In this document: positions 1 through 13,000 of the stretch, in pieces
How positions within the stretch are numbered: position 1 is the first letter of the stretch
How the letters are laid out: each line of letters opens with the position of its first letter
Assembly: GCA_051294905.1 (NCBI GenBank)
Contig: CM119379.1
Location: 20,026,001-20,090,000, forward strand
Direction of reading: 5' to 3'
From: Botryllus schlosseri
Taxonomy: Eukaryota
Length of the DNA stretch: 64,000 nt
The notes under the pieces: model-generated
Database searches by the model: none
What the model saw: only the letters and a program-made list of their open reading frames with translations
What the model was told of the DNA's origin: nothing
Translations under genes and position numbers: made by a program

Positions 1-184
1 TTTGATGATATTTTTGTTGGCGTTGCCCCTGTTTCAGATGTGTTTCGTTACAGACTATGGGAACACAAAATACACAGTTCAAAATAACTGATGAAGATTG
101 ACAATGTGCAATATAAGAAGGGTGAATACGTTAGGTGGATAATTATTGTCATGGTATTGTAAATGAAAAATCAAGGGCATCAGC

Positions 185-617
185 CAGGGTTGTAATGACT
201 CAAGTCACGACTTTCTAATGACTCAAGTCATCTTCTCGAAATATGGAAATGACTCTATTCACACAGATTGACTCGACTTGGACTCGAGTCATTGCGCATG
301 ACTCGGACCAAGTCATATGACTAGAGTCTCAGACGGCCAAGACCGACTATGCATGGTTATTACGAAGAATAGTAAAGTAACCACACCGTTGGTATTTCGC
401 CTATTGGTACTGGTACTTGAAAATGTGACCAGAAACCGTTGAAAGTGAGGAAATTAGTATATTTTAAATGAAAATCATTCGAGACTCAAGTCATAATACC
501 ATGACTCGGACTCGACGCTCTGCAGTGAACTAAGATTGACTCGACTTGACTCGAGTCAAAACTTTAAAAGTAAGATTGACTTGTGACTCGGAGCCTTGCG
601 ACTTGGTTACAACCCTG
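185..617. mobile_element. hAT-like MITE (433 bp), 30 bp downstream of the lectin gene stop codon
   Basis: Perfect 11-bp TIRs CAGGGTTGTAA (185-195) / TTACAACCCTG (607-617). Perfect 8-bp TSD GCATCAGC (177-184, 618-625). Many internal GACTCGAGTC-like palindromic subterminal repeats. Confidence 0.9.
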
Positions 618-647
618 GCATCAGCTCTGTTCCACCAACTCATCGAG

Positions 648-1057
648 TCACACTTGCCTGAAGCACCACACTACTTTGGCATTAGCATTTGAAGTATTGC
701 ATTGGAACATTCCATCCGCATTAATTGTTTGAGCACACGCGTCGTCTCGGAAATTCATAATTCCCATTTGGCCTCCGTCAAGAGTAGCTCCACAAAAACA
801 ACCGTCCTGCATTCCGGTTTTTATCGCAGCTTTCAACTCGATTCCCCTCGCAATACGCCCGCCTGCAAGAGATGTCTTCTTCATAAAACACAGCCATCGA
901 ACATAAAACCCAAACGCCTCACCGTGCAAGTGACACGCAGCTGCCATTTCCTCATTATCAGCAAACACCTGATCGTCGGGCAGTTCAAAGAACTCGCAGC
1001 TATCCCCGGTTGCGGACATTGGTCTGTACCCAGCTTTTACGACAGCAAATACGTTTT
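648..1057 (-). CDS. Last two exons (923-1057, 648-862): Link-module-like C-terminal domain
   Basis: Removing the 60-nt GTGAG...TTGCAG intron (863-922) gives AAACHLHGGRIARGIELKAAIKTGMQDGCFCGATLDGG...DAC...VVWCFRQV*. This resembles the Link module pattern AC...GAxLATxxQLxAA..G.D.C..GWL.DG...C...YCF, though it lacks the conserved Trp. Confidence 0.6.
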
Positions 1058-4000
1058 CTGAGATGTAAAATAAAGAAATGACTGCAGATTCCTTGAAATG
1101 GCGAATGGTCAACAAGTTAATGTATTAATATTAACGAAGCAGTTTCCAACAGAACGTAGGTATTGGCTCTGGATTAGCTTTAAATATCTTAACAAGTTCC
1201 ACACTAATGCATAAACAAATAAATGCTAACCTGATGGTCTGTGCCACTCATCACAAAGATACCTAGTAGTTGTAGTTTGGTACATGGACGAGCAATTGTA
1301 TTCATAGTATTTCCCGGCAAGATGTGAACGATCATAAGGTTCAATCTGCAGGCGGGCAGTATAAGGGTGATGATTTGGATTTGTACAACTGCTGAAAGCT
1401 ACATACCTTATCGAAAAGAATGCTATAGGAATATTTTCGAAGCTTGATATGATACGGGTTTTTGGAACGACACGTCCAATGCTGCAATTCATCGGTGTAG
1501 TTGCAATTAAGCACTCTTAATCCGGGTATGATATCTGAACAGACATACTGGTTTGGATACCTTTACGAAAAACAAAAATTAACCTATATGCACAGCAATA
1601 TCAATCACAGATTGGACAAGACCCTTAGATATCTACCTTGCAGAATAAAAATCTCATTTACCTGACTGTGTATCCCCTTCCACTTGGAACGGTGCGGTCA
1701 AGCACAGTCCGGTTTGCACATGCATGAGATGATAGGTCGAAACCCACACCCATTCTAACCCACCAAGATCATTATATTCACAAGATTTGCTGTGAAGCAA
1801 TTATTGAATTTGATGTCGAACGGTTGATATTTGAATGAGCATACCTTCTCGCATAGTGATGTTTAGCATATGCAGATCTTACGTTCCCGTACGAATGCTT
1901 TTCGGGATCACCATACAAGCATCGACGTTTGTACGGGAGTACACTCATTTCGTCATCATCTGATTCCAAGTTAGCGATGAGTATTCCATCTAATTACAGA
2001 CCAACATAAGACAAATAATAGATTGGTGTACTAGAGCATATTACCAGTGATAAAATTGTAAGGTTGAGTTAATGGTATATCAGTACCGTTAACATTCCAC
2101 ACCCAATTTCTTTTCGTCGCATCAACTCGACGAGAACTTGTGAATCGGTCTTCAAGACCTATCCAAAATCTGTATGGAAAATGCCATGTTTTATTAAGCT
2201 ATTTAATTAAAATACGTCAAATTAGTCACACTTAAAATTATTCAGCATGATTTTACCACCATGATATCAGAACTATAGAATATTATATGTTATAACAGGG
2301 TACACAAAAATGGAAAAAGGAAGTTTACTTTGAAGTGTAGTGATATTCATCGTCGGTGTGATTTAAAGCCATATCCCGAAAAAACTCGCCAGTCACATTG
2401 TCTGGTATAGCCATAAGCCGACTGAAATAGAAAAACACAGCGTTATGTCGCCAATTTTGTACGAAACATTTGAAACTGACCTTCCAAAACTAGCACAATT
2501 AGACTTTGCCTTCTGATAACTCGTGGCATAGGGAGATACAACTTTCTTCTCCGGGTCATGTTGCAAGTATACGCACATATCGCGATGGAAATAGTCATGC
2601 GAGACCGGATAGTCACAATTTTCTACTCAATACAAATTACGATGAATAAAGAACTTGATGCATTTTGTTGAAAAACCAACGAAATGCCATACTTTTCATA
2701 CAAATGAAGGAGTATTTTGTGGAACAACTCTCCTCAAACCATTGCATGTTAGTCTCGGGGTCCATTGCGACACAATCCTTTCCCTTATTGGTTACACCAC
2801 CCGGTGAGCTTTCACCGCCAGGCCATAGATTTACATGTCTGTCCTTATCGAAAGGCTGTCCAGTAATCCACATGAATGTACCTGAAAGTATCCTCAGGTA
2901 ACAGTTTTATAGATCACGAGAGGTGAATTGCAAGAAATTAGGTATGCTATATAAGAATTGGGACACGAGTAACTCATTCGTCTGCAAAATTGAGACATTT
3001 CAACCAAGCGCAAGCTGTTGAACAAATACCTAAATACCAAATGTAAGGCCGAACCTACCTTCCGCACCAATATCGTCCATTCCTATCCACCAGTGAGTAG
3101 TACCAAAAACTTCCTTGGCTTCTTCTATCTTTTGTTTAACATATTCTAATATTTCTGGCTTCGTAATCTAAACAGTTTGTGTTCAACATTGACAAGAAAA
3201 CCAAGAGCGAGCTCGAACATGTTTAACAGTACCACAATAAGTACGGCGTCGTTCCTCACGCAGTACGCAGAGGCCTGCTGATAAGTCAATAGCTCCGGAT
3301 GGAACAGCAACTCAACTATTTTATCATCAGTTACATTCACCGGATTGAATTCTACAAAAATACGTTCGAGTGATTGCTATACTTAATGCTAATCATATCG
3401 TCTCATACTAGGAGGATAGCACATTTCGGTGTGGACATTGTGATCAGGATTACTATCAGCATGAGCTTTGATGTCTTTGAATACGTTCAGCAATTCAAGG
3501 ACCGTCATGTGATTGAATAAGTTGTAATCAAGAGTAGGGCCGTGTCCCTTCTTTTCACATCCAGCCTACAAGAAAACATGCCGTTACAGCGAAGCTGACA
3601 ATGTACACAAATATATGTAAAAAACTAACCTCAACAAATGTATTGTTCACACATTCATCAGGAAGAGGTGGGTTATATGTGCACCCAGGCAGAAGTTCTT
3701 CAATACAGAACGCAAATCAGTTAGCGCGTGACATGGTCTATTACTATAGACCGCGAGAGTCAGAAACGAATCGTCTCATCGCAAAAATTTAAGGAAACGC
3801 CGCATTATTGGTTCTTGGTTTAAAACAACATAGTATGCGAATATAGAACCTCACCTAACAAACACTCACGATATATCTACCTCTAAAATTGGGCACGTGT
3901 GCGGAGAATAGGAGACTACATGACATGAGCTACGGTATCAAACATTTTGACCGAATTTCGTGAAATTTTGATTGTACCTATGAATAAACAATGTATGTAT

Positions 4001-7000
4001 TCCTACTACATAAATCTAGTTTACTGGACCACGGCCTGACATATCGATCTCGATTTGACGCATGCCACATTTTCTTTGTCACCTGTCCTTTTATATTATC
4101 GTCTTTTACTTTTCATTCAGTGTGCATGCCTCCTTTTTTACATCGCCTAGGCCCGGGTGGGTGTCGGATTTCGAAGACTACTCCAAGTCGTTTCGACACC
4201 TTCCTATCGTTCATTGTATCGCAGTCTTGTGGTGTGTGGAAATGATTAAATTTTTAGCAATAACTTGAATTAATTAGTTACTATCATGATCTTAGTTCCA
4301 TTACGTGAGTATTCGGAATGCTACCCTGGCTAAATATACAAATGAGGGGATCGTGTACCGTACATGGACGCAATTGCGGGCAAGCACATCCTTACAGATC
4401 TTAGTGTTTCAAACTTGTGAAGCTGCTAATCGGAGAGTAGTGTTAACAAATCAAAATATATGGCTATTCAAAGTTGTATAAACTCGACTGTCGATTGGAT
4501 TTATCCAACACCAGTTTCTCACCTGTTTCACATATGAACGGGAATCTTTTGATACAGTGATAGTCATTCCACATTGGCGGGTCCACCAGCAGCTTAATCC
4601 CACCGCATTGCTCATCACACCATGCATTATTCGGCTCGGCATACCTGTGACCTTGCAGATGCCAGTTCTCAAACGGATACGTCCCTACATAAATATGTAA
4701 ATAAACGCGTACAACAGTTGAACAAAGCTTAAAAACAATCACTAATCCTACAGTACGGAACACATACCTTTTTCGCACATGAGTGGTAAACGAGTCTGGC
4801 AATTGATGTCAATCCATTTCATTTCATGGTTAATGGCGGCACAGTGTTGCCGATTTGCAAGTAAGTCACCATCTGGGTCTGACCTGACTCTCCAGTTTGT
4901 GTAAGCTATTGAATAGTTAGATAGTGAACAAACATCCGTGACTAGTGTTGGATTTCCTTGGTAAACACTTTGATATCGCAAAAGAAAAATCGCTACATTA
5001 AATGTCTTCAAAACGTAATAAGTACTCACGAGCAAAATTTCTAGGATTTGGAACAACTAGTGCCATCTTCCTGTACCAAGCATAATGAATAAACACACGG
5101 CGATTCCTAGAATCGCGCCAATCAGAGAGATCTGTCGGGTCTTGTACCAAGTAAAAATAGTATTTGTCCACATCCAAACCCGATCCATCATCAATGAAAG
5201 CGAAATGAAGCTCCTGAAAGATTTCGTCGCAATGTAACATTTGAAAATGAAAATCTTCAAGAGCACGTTACTTTGATTTTTTGCCCGATCGCATTGTTGA
5301 TTTCTTCTGAGTCAATGTTAGCAAGAGTCCCGTTTATATTCTCACAGGTGGCGGACGAGTCGTCGAAATTACCGAAAGTGTCGTTCCACAGAAACCACCA
5401 AACGCCGTCCTTTGTAATATTAGCCGCGTAGCGTGACAGCGTACCGTTCAGACTCATATCTTGACATAAAATCACAGTATCTCATCGAAATAATCCTTTT
5501 GTGGACGCAAAGTACAAACTTGCCTCCAAGATTTAGGGAAAAGTTGACGGTGGAATTATCGCGGAACTTCCAAACACCTTCTTCATTCAAATCCGACATG
5601 CCAATCCATATTGCAACTGCAAAAGACATCAGAATACCAGATAAGCAACAGAACTGGCTATAAATCATATTCCCACTTTTTGCAAATACTATGAGATGGA
5701 AATATATATATTTAATCATATGGAAATGCCAGGTGTAGAGGCTGTTAATTACTCCCATGAATGCTTTTGTATATCATTTTGCAGTGTAACAATCAAACTG
5801 GCCAAGGTGGATGCCAGATCAAGAGACCATAATTCGATTCGGCACCCTCCTATCTTTTCATTAGATTTCATTGTCTCTTGTATATCACATTGTACATGCT
5901 GTGAGTGTCTTGGACTGATGAAAATATAATCTGACGATTCAATCATAAATAATCGTCAAATTATATATTCATATGATCATGACACACACACTGTACAATG
6001 CGATCAGACACAATATGATGTAAATTATTGATTAATATTACGATGAATAAAAACATGGGAAAGAGTTGAAACGAATTGGAGTTCTCAAGAGGCATGCATA
6101 TTGAACGAAAAGTAGCTTGCAGGATAAAATAACAAAACAATCATTTACAATGTAAAAATGAGTGACAACATTTTGACCATTCAGCGAGCAGATCAGAGAA
6201 CTTCTAGCAATCAACTGAACAGCATCCACTTACTGGTATCATTCTTCAAGTCCAGCTTCGGAAAGTTGGACGTCAGAAAATCCATTTTCTTTTGATCCTT
6301 GGGCATTGCAAGCATCCCCCAGGCATCTAAAGCACAAGACATCAACGTACTACACGGTATACTTAGAGAACTCTCTACATACGTTCACAATAGTCGGCTG
6401 CACCTTGCCAAGGAATGGACTCGTTGAAGTAAAGTATCGCTTTGTCGTTGTCTTTCGTTTCAAAGTTTGCGTAGATGCCTTAATGAAACAGATTACAGGA
6501 GGGTTTGTAAGATTTTAACAAGGTTTCGAACTAACCTGTCGGAACACTGCAGTTCTGCCCTTTGTAATATTGGGAGCATATGCACCGACCGTTTACGCAT
6601 TGCTGGTGATCGCTACATGCTGATTCGCAAGGTTCATCTGTGTGCAGACAACAGATAATACATATTAACATACATTGTCCCCACTTTGAGCATAAATTAA
6701 TTGATTTTATGACAAAAGGTCCGGCATACGATATTGGATATGCTTATAGAAACAAAAACATATCAACCGAGCAAGAATTGCATAGCAGGTTTTGGAATTA
6801 ATACAAGTGGTTTTCAATGAGTCATAAATCTAGTAACTAAATTACAAACTCACTTTCTCTGACCACATACTGAGCTGGATACTGACAAGTCACTAAAATA
6901 TAAAATAGTTGTAACAATAGCAATACAAGAGCACAAGAATAAAATCAAACCATCCATGCACATAACAGGGTATGTTTCATTGCAGTCCCGAAGACTCCAA

Positions 7001-10000
7001 GTGAAATTATCGGCCGTCCCAAAAGTCCCACAATGTCTACTGGCATGGTTTGGCACAAAGCTTGCGTCCCACTTGTGGTAAGAAGAATTGACATCAAATT
7101 CCACAGCATTCGCCCACAGGAAATCGCCTTCGTTTTGGTGATAGGGGGGGGGGGGGAGAGAAAGATAAATCACCGGTAGATTTTCTGGAAAATCTTCAAA
7201 TGCTTACCTTCGGTTCGTAAGTCGTCAAGACCAAGCCACCATCGTTCATGCTCAAACAGGAGATTTGCGTTGCGTAATTTTCGTTCTAATTTTGCCTGGA
7301 CAGTAGCATCTCGAATCTGAAAGATTAATAATGAAACAACAGGCATATCGGTTGAACTGTGAAGGCATGAACCGTGGAAGCTCCGGCCTGAGAGTTTGAA
7401 ATAGGGGATACTTCCCCACATAGGAACAAGCGAATGTCAAGCAAATTTACAATGGCCGTTATGATGGACTACAATGACGTGATAACTGATCCTATGTCAA
7501 ACTTAACTTGCTTATCCACCAAATGCATAATAAACAACTATAGACTAAAAAACTTTTATGATTATTTGGAACATAATCAATCAGTCATGATACATTGGAT
7601 GGAATAAATAAAATACCAATGTTGATAAGAACAAACTTACCGAGAATTGCATGAGCGAATTCATAGATCTACAATATTCCATGGCTTCTATGTAGGTCTT
7701 GTTACGAATATTGAAAAATATCTTCAATCCGTCATCGATTTCAACGAATCCTAGAGAAATGTTGGAAGTCAGAATTTCAAACTAGAAAACCACGCTGCTG
7801 AGTCGAGCTACCTGGCGGATAACATGCCTCTGCCTCAATTCCGTCAGTGCTGTCGGCGTCAGCTTGAGTTTTGATATCACGAAATTCGTTGATGACTATC
7901 CACAAGTTTCTGGACATGTAAGATTCCATCGGTCCAGTCGGGATCATACCCTCAACTATGTTACATCCAATCTGGGTATAAGAAGATATTCGCCAAACAG
8001 TTGATATGAACCCGACTGATCAAAGTAAGCTTACGTATACGTAGAGATCTTCGAGGCATGTTAAATTGTGGCGTGGTTTGTATTTGCAACTAAGCGGGAA
8101 AGCTACAAAAAGAGAAGGTATTAAATTTTAAGCATTTGACATACTAAGATGATTACATACTAAAATAATCAGCAAAGGGTCGATATCCCACAAATATTAC
8201 CAATCAAACTTACTGAAACCATAGCATTCCATTTGTACTGTCTTGTTGAGAGCCATCAATTCCAATATTTCCTTGTAATGCGAACTCACGAAAAAGTAAC
8301 TCCGCTCGACTGGTGAAAGCGACAACGGATAGCCGAGACCCATCGGTATGCATTCCGTTATGTTCACCCACATCAGATGCAGGCAGGAATTGGAATGGAT
8401 GGGCCAGTAGGGGCATCCTTCAATAAGTTCTATTGCAAAACGATGATACAAGTATTGAAAAATACAGACAAAAGCACATTATACTTACCTATGCCATAGC
8501 AATCAAGTTGATTCTTTGACGAGCCAGAGTCAGCCAAATCTCGGATGAGTTGGATATAATTAAGAACATCCCTGTTTCAATTTAAATCATGATTAACTGT
8601 CCTAGGTACGAGTAGTCCTATATACATTGCCCGGATATTGAACCTACGTAAAGTGAGTGAAATTCACAAAACATATCCAAGAACGCAAGCTAATATATAC
8701 AAATATATTCAGTTACACATTTTTGACATCAGTAATAACATCACACCTTTGGTTCATTGGATCATATGTTGCGTCTTTCACGGTTACATTCAATGTAGGG
8801 GGGAATTCTCTGCCATCTGGAGAGCATCTAACGACAGTCAGCCATATGTAGTCGATGCATGAGTCATTCATAGGCCCATAGAACTTGTCGCAATTATCGT
8901 AGTAATCTAAATTTTTTTAAATTTTTATGCAGTGTTAAACAAAGACATGAGATGAAATTAACTTGACAATATAGATAGAGTTGAAGATTATTCATGATTT
9001 AAGGAGACAACTTCAATCATATTTTGAATTTGGAGATGATGATTCCTCCCATAAGTTCAAAGTTGACAATTGGTCCATTACTAATAGCTTGCCGTAAGAG
9101 TCAAATCTTAAATCATACCTATACCGAAGCAATTCAACTGGTCCTTGACATATCCCATGTCGGCGCGCTTTCTTGATGCATTCATAATATCAATTATATC
9201 CCTGAAAATAGGATTAACATTGCAACAAATATAGATTATCGTGGGAAATGGACATGCTGAGCAGGGCTGTAACCAATTCACAAGGCTCCGCGTCTCACTT
9301 TTATAGTTTTGACCCGAGTCAAGTTTGAGTCCAAGTCAACGAGAAGAGGGTTGAGTCCGAGTCATGGTATTATGACTCGAGTCCGAGTCCAAGTCATTGC
9401 GTATTGACTGCTCAGTTTTCAGTTAAAGTCTGTTTTACAAGCTTATCTCGTCTTCTGGATCATACAGGCTCGGTCGCACTTCTCTCATTTAGCTTCGTGG
9501 TGTAGTTCGTTAGGCGTTAGGTGTTTTACAGTTTTGAAAAGTGAAGCAAAATTTTTTGGAAAAAGTAGGAGCTGCCAACCGGTTAAATTTATAATAATCG
9601 TCAGATTGTATTTTTATTTGATCAAGACACACACAATATACAATGCGATACACACTGACGAAAATTTCACAACAATATTTCTATACTATATTACTATCAC
9701 ACCACAAGCTATGTTAGTGATTAGCAGTAATCTGACCTAAAATATCGACTAGTGGCAAACATAAAATCAACACAAAAGTGATGAAATGCTTGTCTGTCGA
9801 GGTAACGAAAGATCTCACCAGAGATTTGTAGTGTTTAGCACAGTTAAATCTGGATCGCTCAAATTTTCTGGATGGGCATAACCTTCTTCCACACATTCGG
9901 AGTCAATGAATATTCCAGTGAAGCAGTCCAGGCTATTCGGGCCAAGAAACCGTTGACAATCGTCAGGGAATACTAAAAGTGCAGAGGTGGGTGAGGGAGT

Positions 10001-13000
10001 TATAAAGTTACAATGCATACGTGTATATTACCTCTTCCGTAGCACGCAACTTGAGCCGTTGCGTTCCAATTGTTGGCGGGGTACCAGTACGTTGAATTGA
10101 AGAACGCGCTGACTTCTCTGAATATATTTGCAAACACAATAACAGAGCCTGAGCTATATATTTTTTACGTAAAAATATCGGCACCAGTAAAGCATAGTAG
10201 GTAATTATCGGTAATTTCAATGACATTGTCACTAAACAGTGAGGAACGTCTTCAGTGCTATTGGATTGATTTATGAGGAACATAGAAGTTCGCACTTAAA
10301 GATTAATTGCAAATGAATGAAAATAATATGGGTCTATTTACTGCCACTAATAACAAGTCTGCAAAAATATGCTTTTCTCACAATTCTGAAATCCTGCGGG
10401 CTCTAATTACGAATGTGACCATATGTTGATAAATGATATGATCTAAGACTGCTAGATTACATAAATATAATTCGTTGAGCAAATTACAAGGACTAATACA
10501 CCCCACCTGTACAGGGTTGATTAGGTATTATCGAATGTCCTTAGACACGGCAAAACACAGCAATATGCTTTCCATTCAAGCTTGATCCAATTTTGGGTCT
10601 AACCAGAAATAAAAAGACTTCACAAATTTATGACATCCCAAACCTCAGATCAAGATCAGCAACTTTCCAATATTCGGCACTCGTAAGCTTAGGCGGGAAT
10701 TTGGCGCCTTCGCTGATACAGCCAACTGATTCCCAAATAGTGATCAAACACTCCACAGAGTGCGGTCCGTAATATGATGTGCAATTCGCAGGATACTCTA
10801 AAAGGCAACGATTGTGAGGTGTCAATAGTAGGGAATGGACAACAAAATCGTACTCATTCCAAAGCACAGCCACTGGTCAGCCACACTTGCATTGTCTGCT
10901 CGTTCAGCGGTAGCATTCATCAGTTCAGACACTTCCCTGAAAAATATAAGTATGAAAAACAGTTGAACACACTGCTACTGTATATGTATTATGTTTACCA
11001 TCTCAGTTTCATCTGACCAGAATAATAGAAACTAAAAATACACATATATACATAGAAAACTAGTGTGTAGCTGTACAAAAGTTAGTCCTGTTGGATAAAT
11101 TCACAGAGTTTCTGAAAACTACTATTACTCCTCACCAAAAGAAGTTGTATTAGTATGGCATTTTTTATATTCACAGCAGTAACAACTAGAAAGACACTTC
11201 AAGCAAATAACATATTGTGGTGAAGCATCTTCATTGTGTTGAATAGTTGTGAAACCATCATGAACAAACGAAACTGTTTCAGCAATATTCCTCTTTTTAG
11301 CCTCAGCTGATAACTGCATGCTGTTCAGAATTATAGCAACTTTTCATTCACTGCGCATGCCCCGCTCTTTACTTTGCTTAGGCCAAGGTGGGTGTCTAAT
11401 TTAAAGACAACTCCGAGTCTTTTCATTATATCGCTATCATGTGGTGTATTGATTTGATAAAAATTTGTTAACAAACAGAACTGAAAGATATGTAGGTTTC
11501 CTGATTCTGCAAGATGCTTTTAGATACTGTTACTTGCATATAAACATTCCCATTCATCGTTATAAATCTTGGTTTACCAATCTATAATTAGGGGAGGGCA
11601 AAATCGAGTACCTGAGTGATTCGATTCTGAATCACGTATTATGCTTCGAGTCGAGAATCACTCACTATGATGCCATAACAGAATTCAAATATCATCACAT
11701 ACGGTCTATCTACGGCGATACGGCCTATCAAGGTTTCAAGGCTTCCATAGTGGAAAATGATATCGAAACTATAATTCTTATTGATTATTTAACTTTCAGT
11801 GGCGAGGAGCGTATAATTTCAGTACTCTTTAACTACTTGACTCGAATAATTGAATTCCTATCTTAACATAATTTGAGTTCTTGCATAAATATTGTTCATT
11901 AGAGTTGATTGCATCCATTTCCAGCAGTGAAGCCATGTCAATCTGAGCCACTTCTATCATGGGCTGCTAGCATTGCTACCTGATGTTGCTAGCATTGTAA
12001 ACGTCCCATAAATCCGATGTGATGTTGTTTGGATCTCCATGGCCCACAGGCAGACAGGTAGACACGTTCCACAAACTTTCAAGGCACTCCAGCGGATGAG
12101 GACCATAATATTTCAAACATCCGTCAGGATATACTGAAGAAAAAGGAGCTCTTTTTGCAAAGATATGCACCGGTAAACACCAAACACATACCCAGTCCAT
12201 AGCAATCCAGCTGTTTGCTAGCATTGTTGCTATCCGCTTCCAAACTGATATTATCAAACGTTTCGTAAACATCTCTAAAATATTTACATTTCAAGTGTAC
12301 ACACAATTCGTTTCAGATTGAAGCGAAATAATGACAGCCTGACATGCAAACCTTAAATTTGTGACATCATAGTTGTCAAGCTCTGGCTCCTTCAACTTGT
12401 CAGGATGCTTCTCCCCTTCTTCCGTACAATTGGAAAGATCCCAAATAGTATGCAGACATTCAATAGGATGTGGACCGTAGTAATTCGTGCAGTTGTTGTA
12501 GTATACTACGCAGAGCGGTATTAGAGTCAATTTAAAGATTAAATCACAAACACTGGCATACCCATCCCAAAACACTTTTTCTGATCTGCAACGCTTGCAT
12601 TATCTGCTCTTGTTGCTGTATCGTTGAAGATTGTTTCAACGTCGCTGGAATATGGACTAATGAGATAAACTAGTAAAAAATACTGTATTCGTATATTCAT
12701 TTGTAATACTAATGGCAAAAATAAAAACCAACATCAACTACAATTATGTACATAAGATGACATTACAGATACAATTACTGAACTGGATATTACCGTGAGG
12801 TAATCATTTCACATCACATAGGTAGAGATAATTTGCCCCTATAGAATTGCAACACTTTGGCTTCCACTCAGCCAAATGATACACAATAGGCGTCACATAT
12901 TTTACCGGATATTTGTAGAGTTCAGAACAGTCAGTTCAGTGGAATTCAATTTTGACGGGTGTCCTGTCCCTTCTTTTAAACAAGTAGCCGAAGTCCAAAT

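Noticed and set aside
702-1061. Plus-strand ORFs opposite coding exons (also 21233-21748, 50328-50618 and others)
   Set aside because: They are antisense shadows of real minus-strand exons.
4120-4260. tRNA or tRNA-derived SINE call for the dispersed repeat (TTCGAAATCC on the minus strand)
   Set aside because: No A-box or cloverleaf could be built; kept only as an unclassified repeat.
5749-5946. 65-aa minus-strand ORF between CTLD-2 exons
   Set aside because: Exon 6234-6326 splices in phase directly to 5524-5616 to give a normal CTLD; no compatible donor was found for this ORF.
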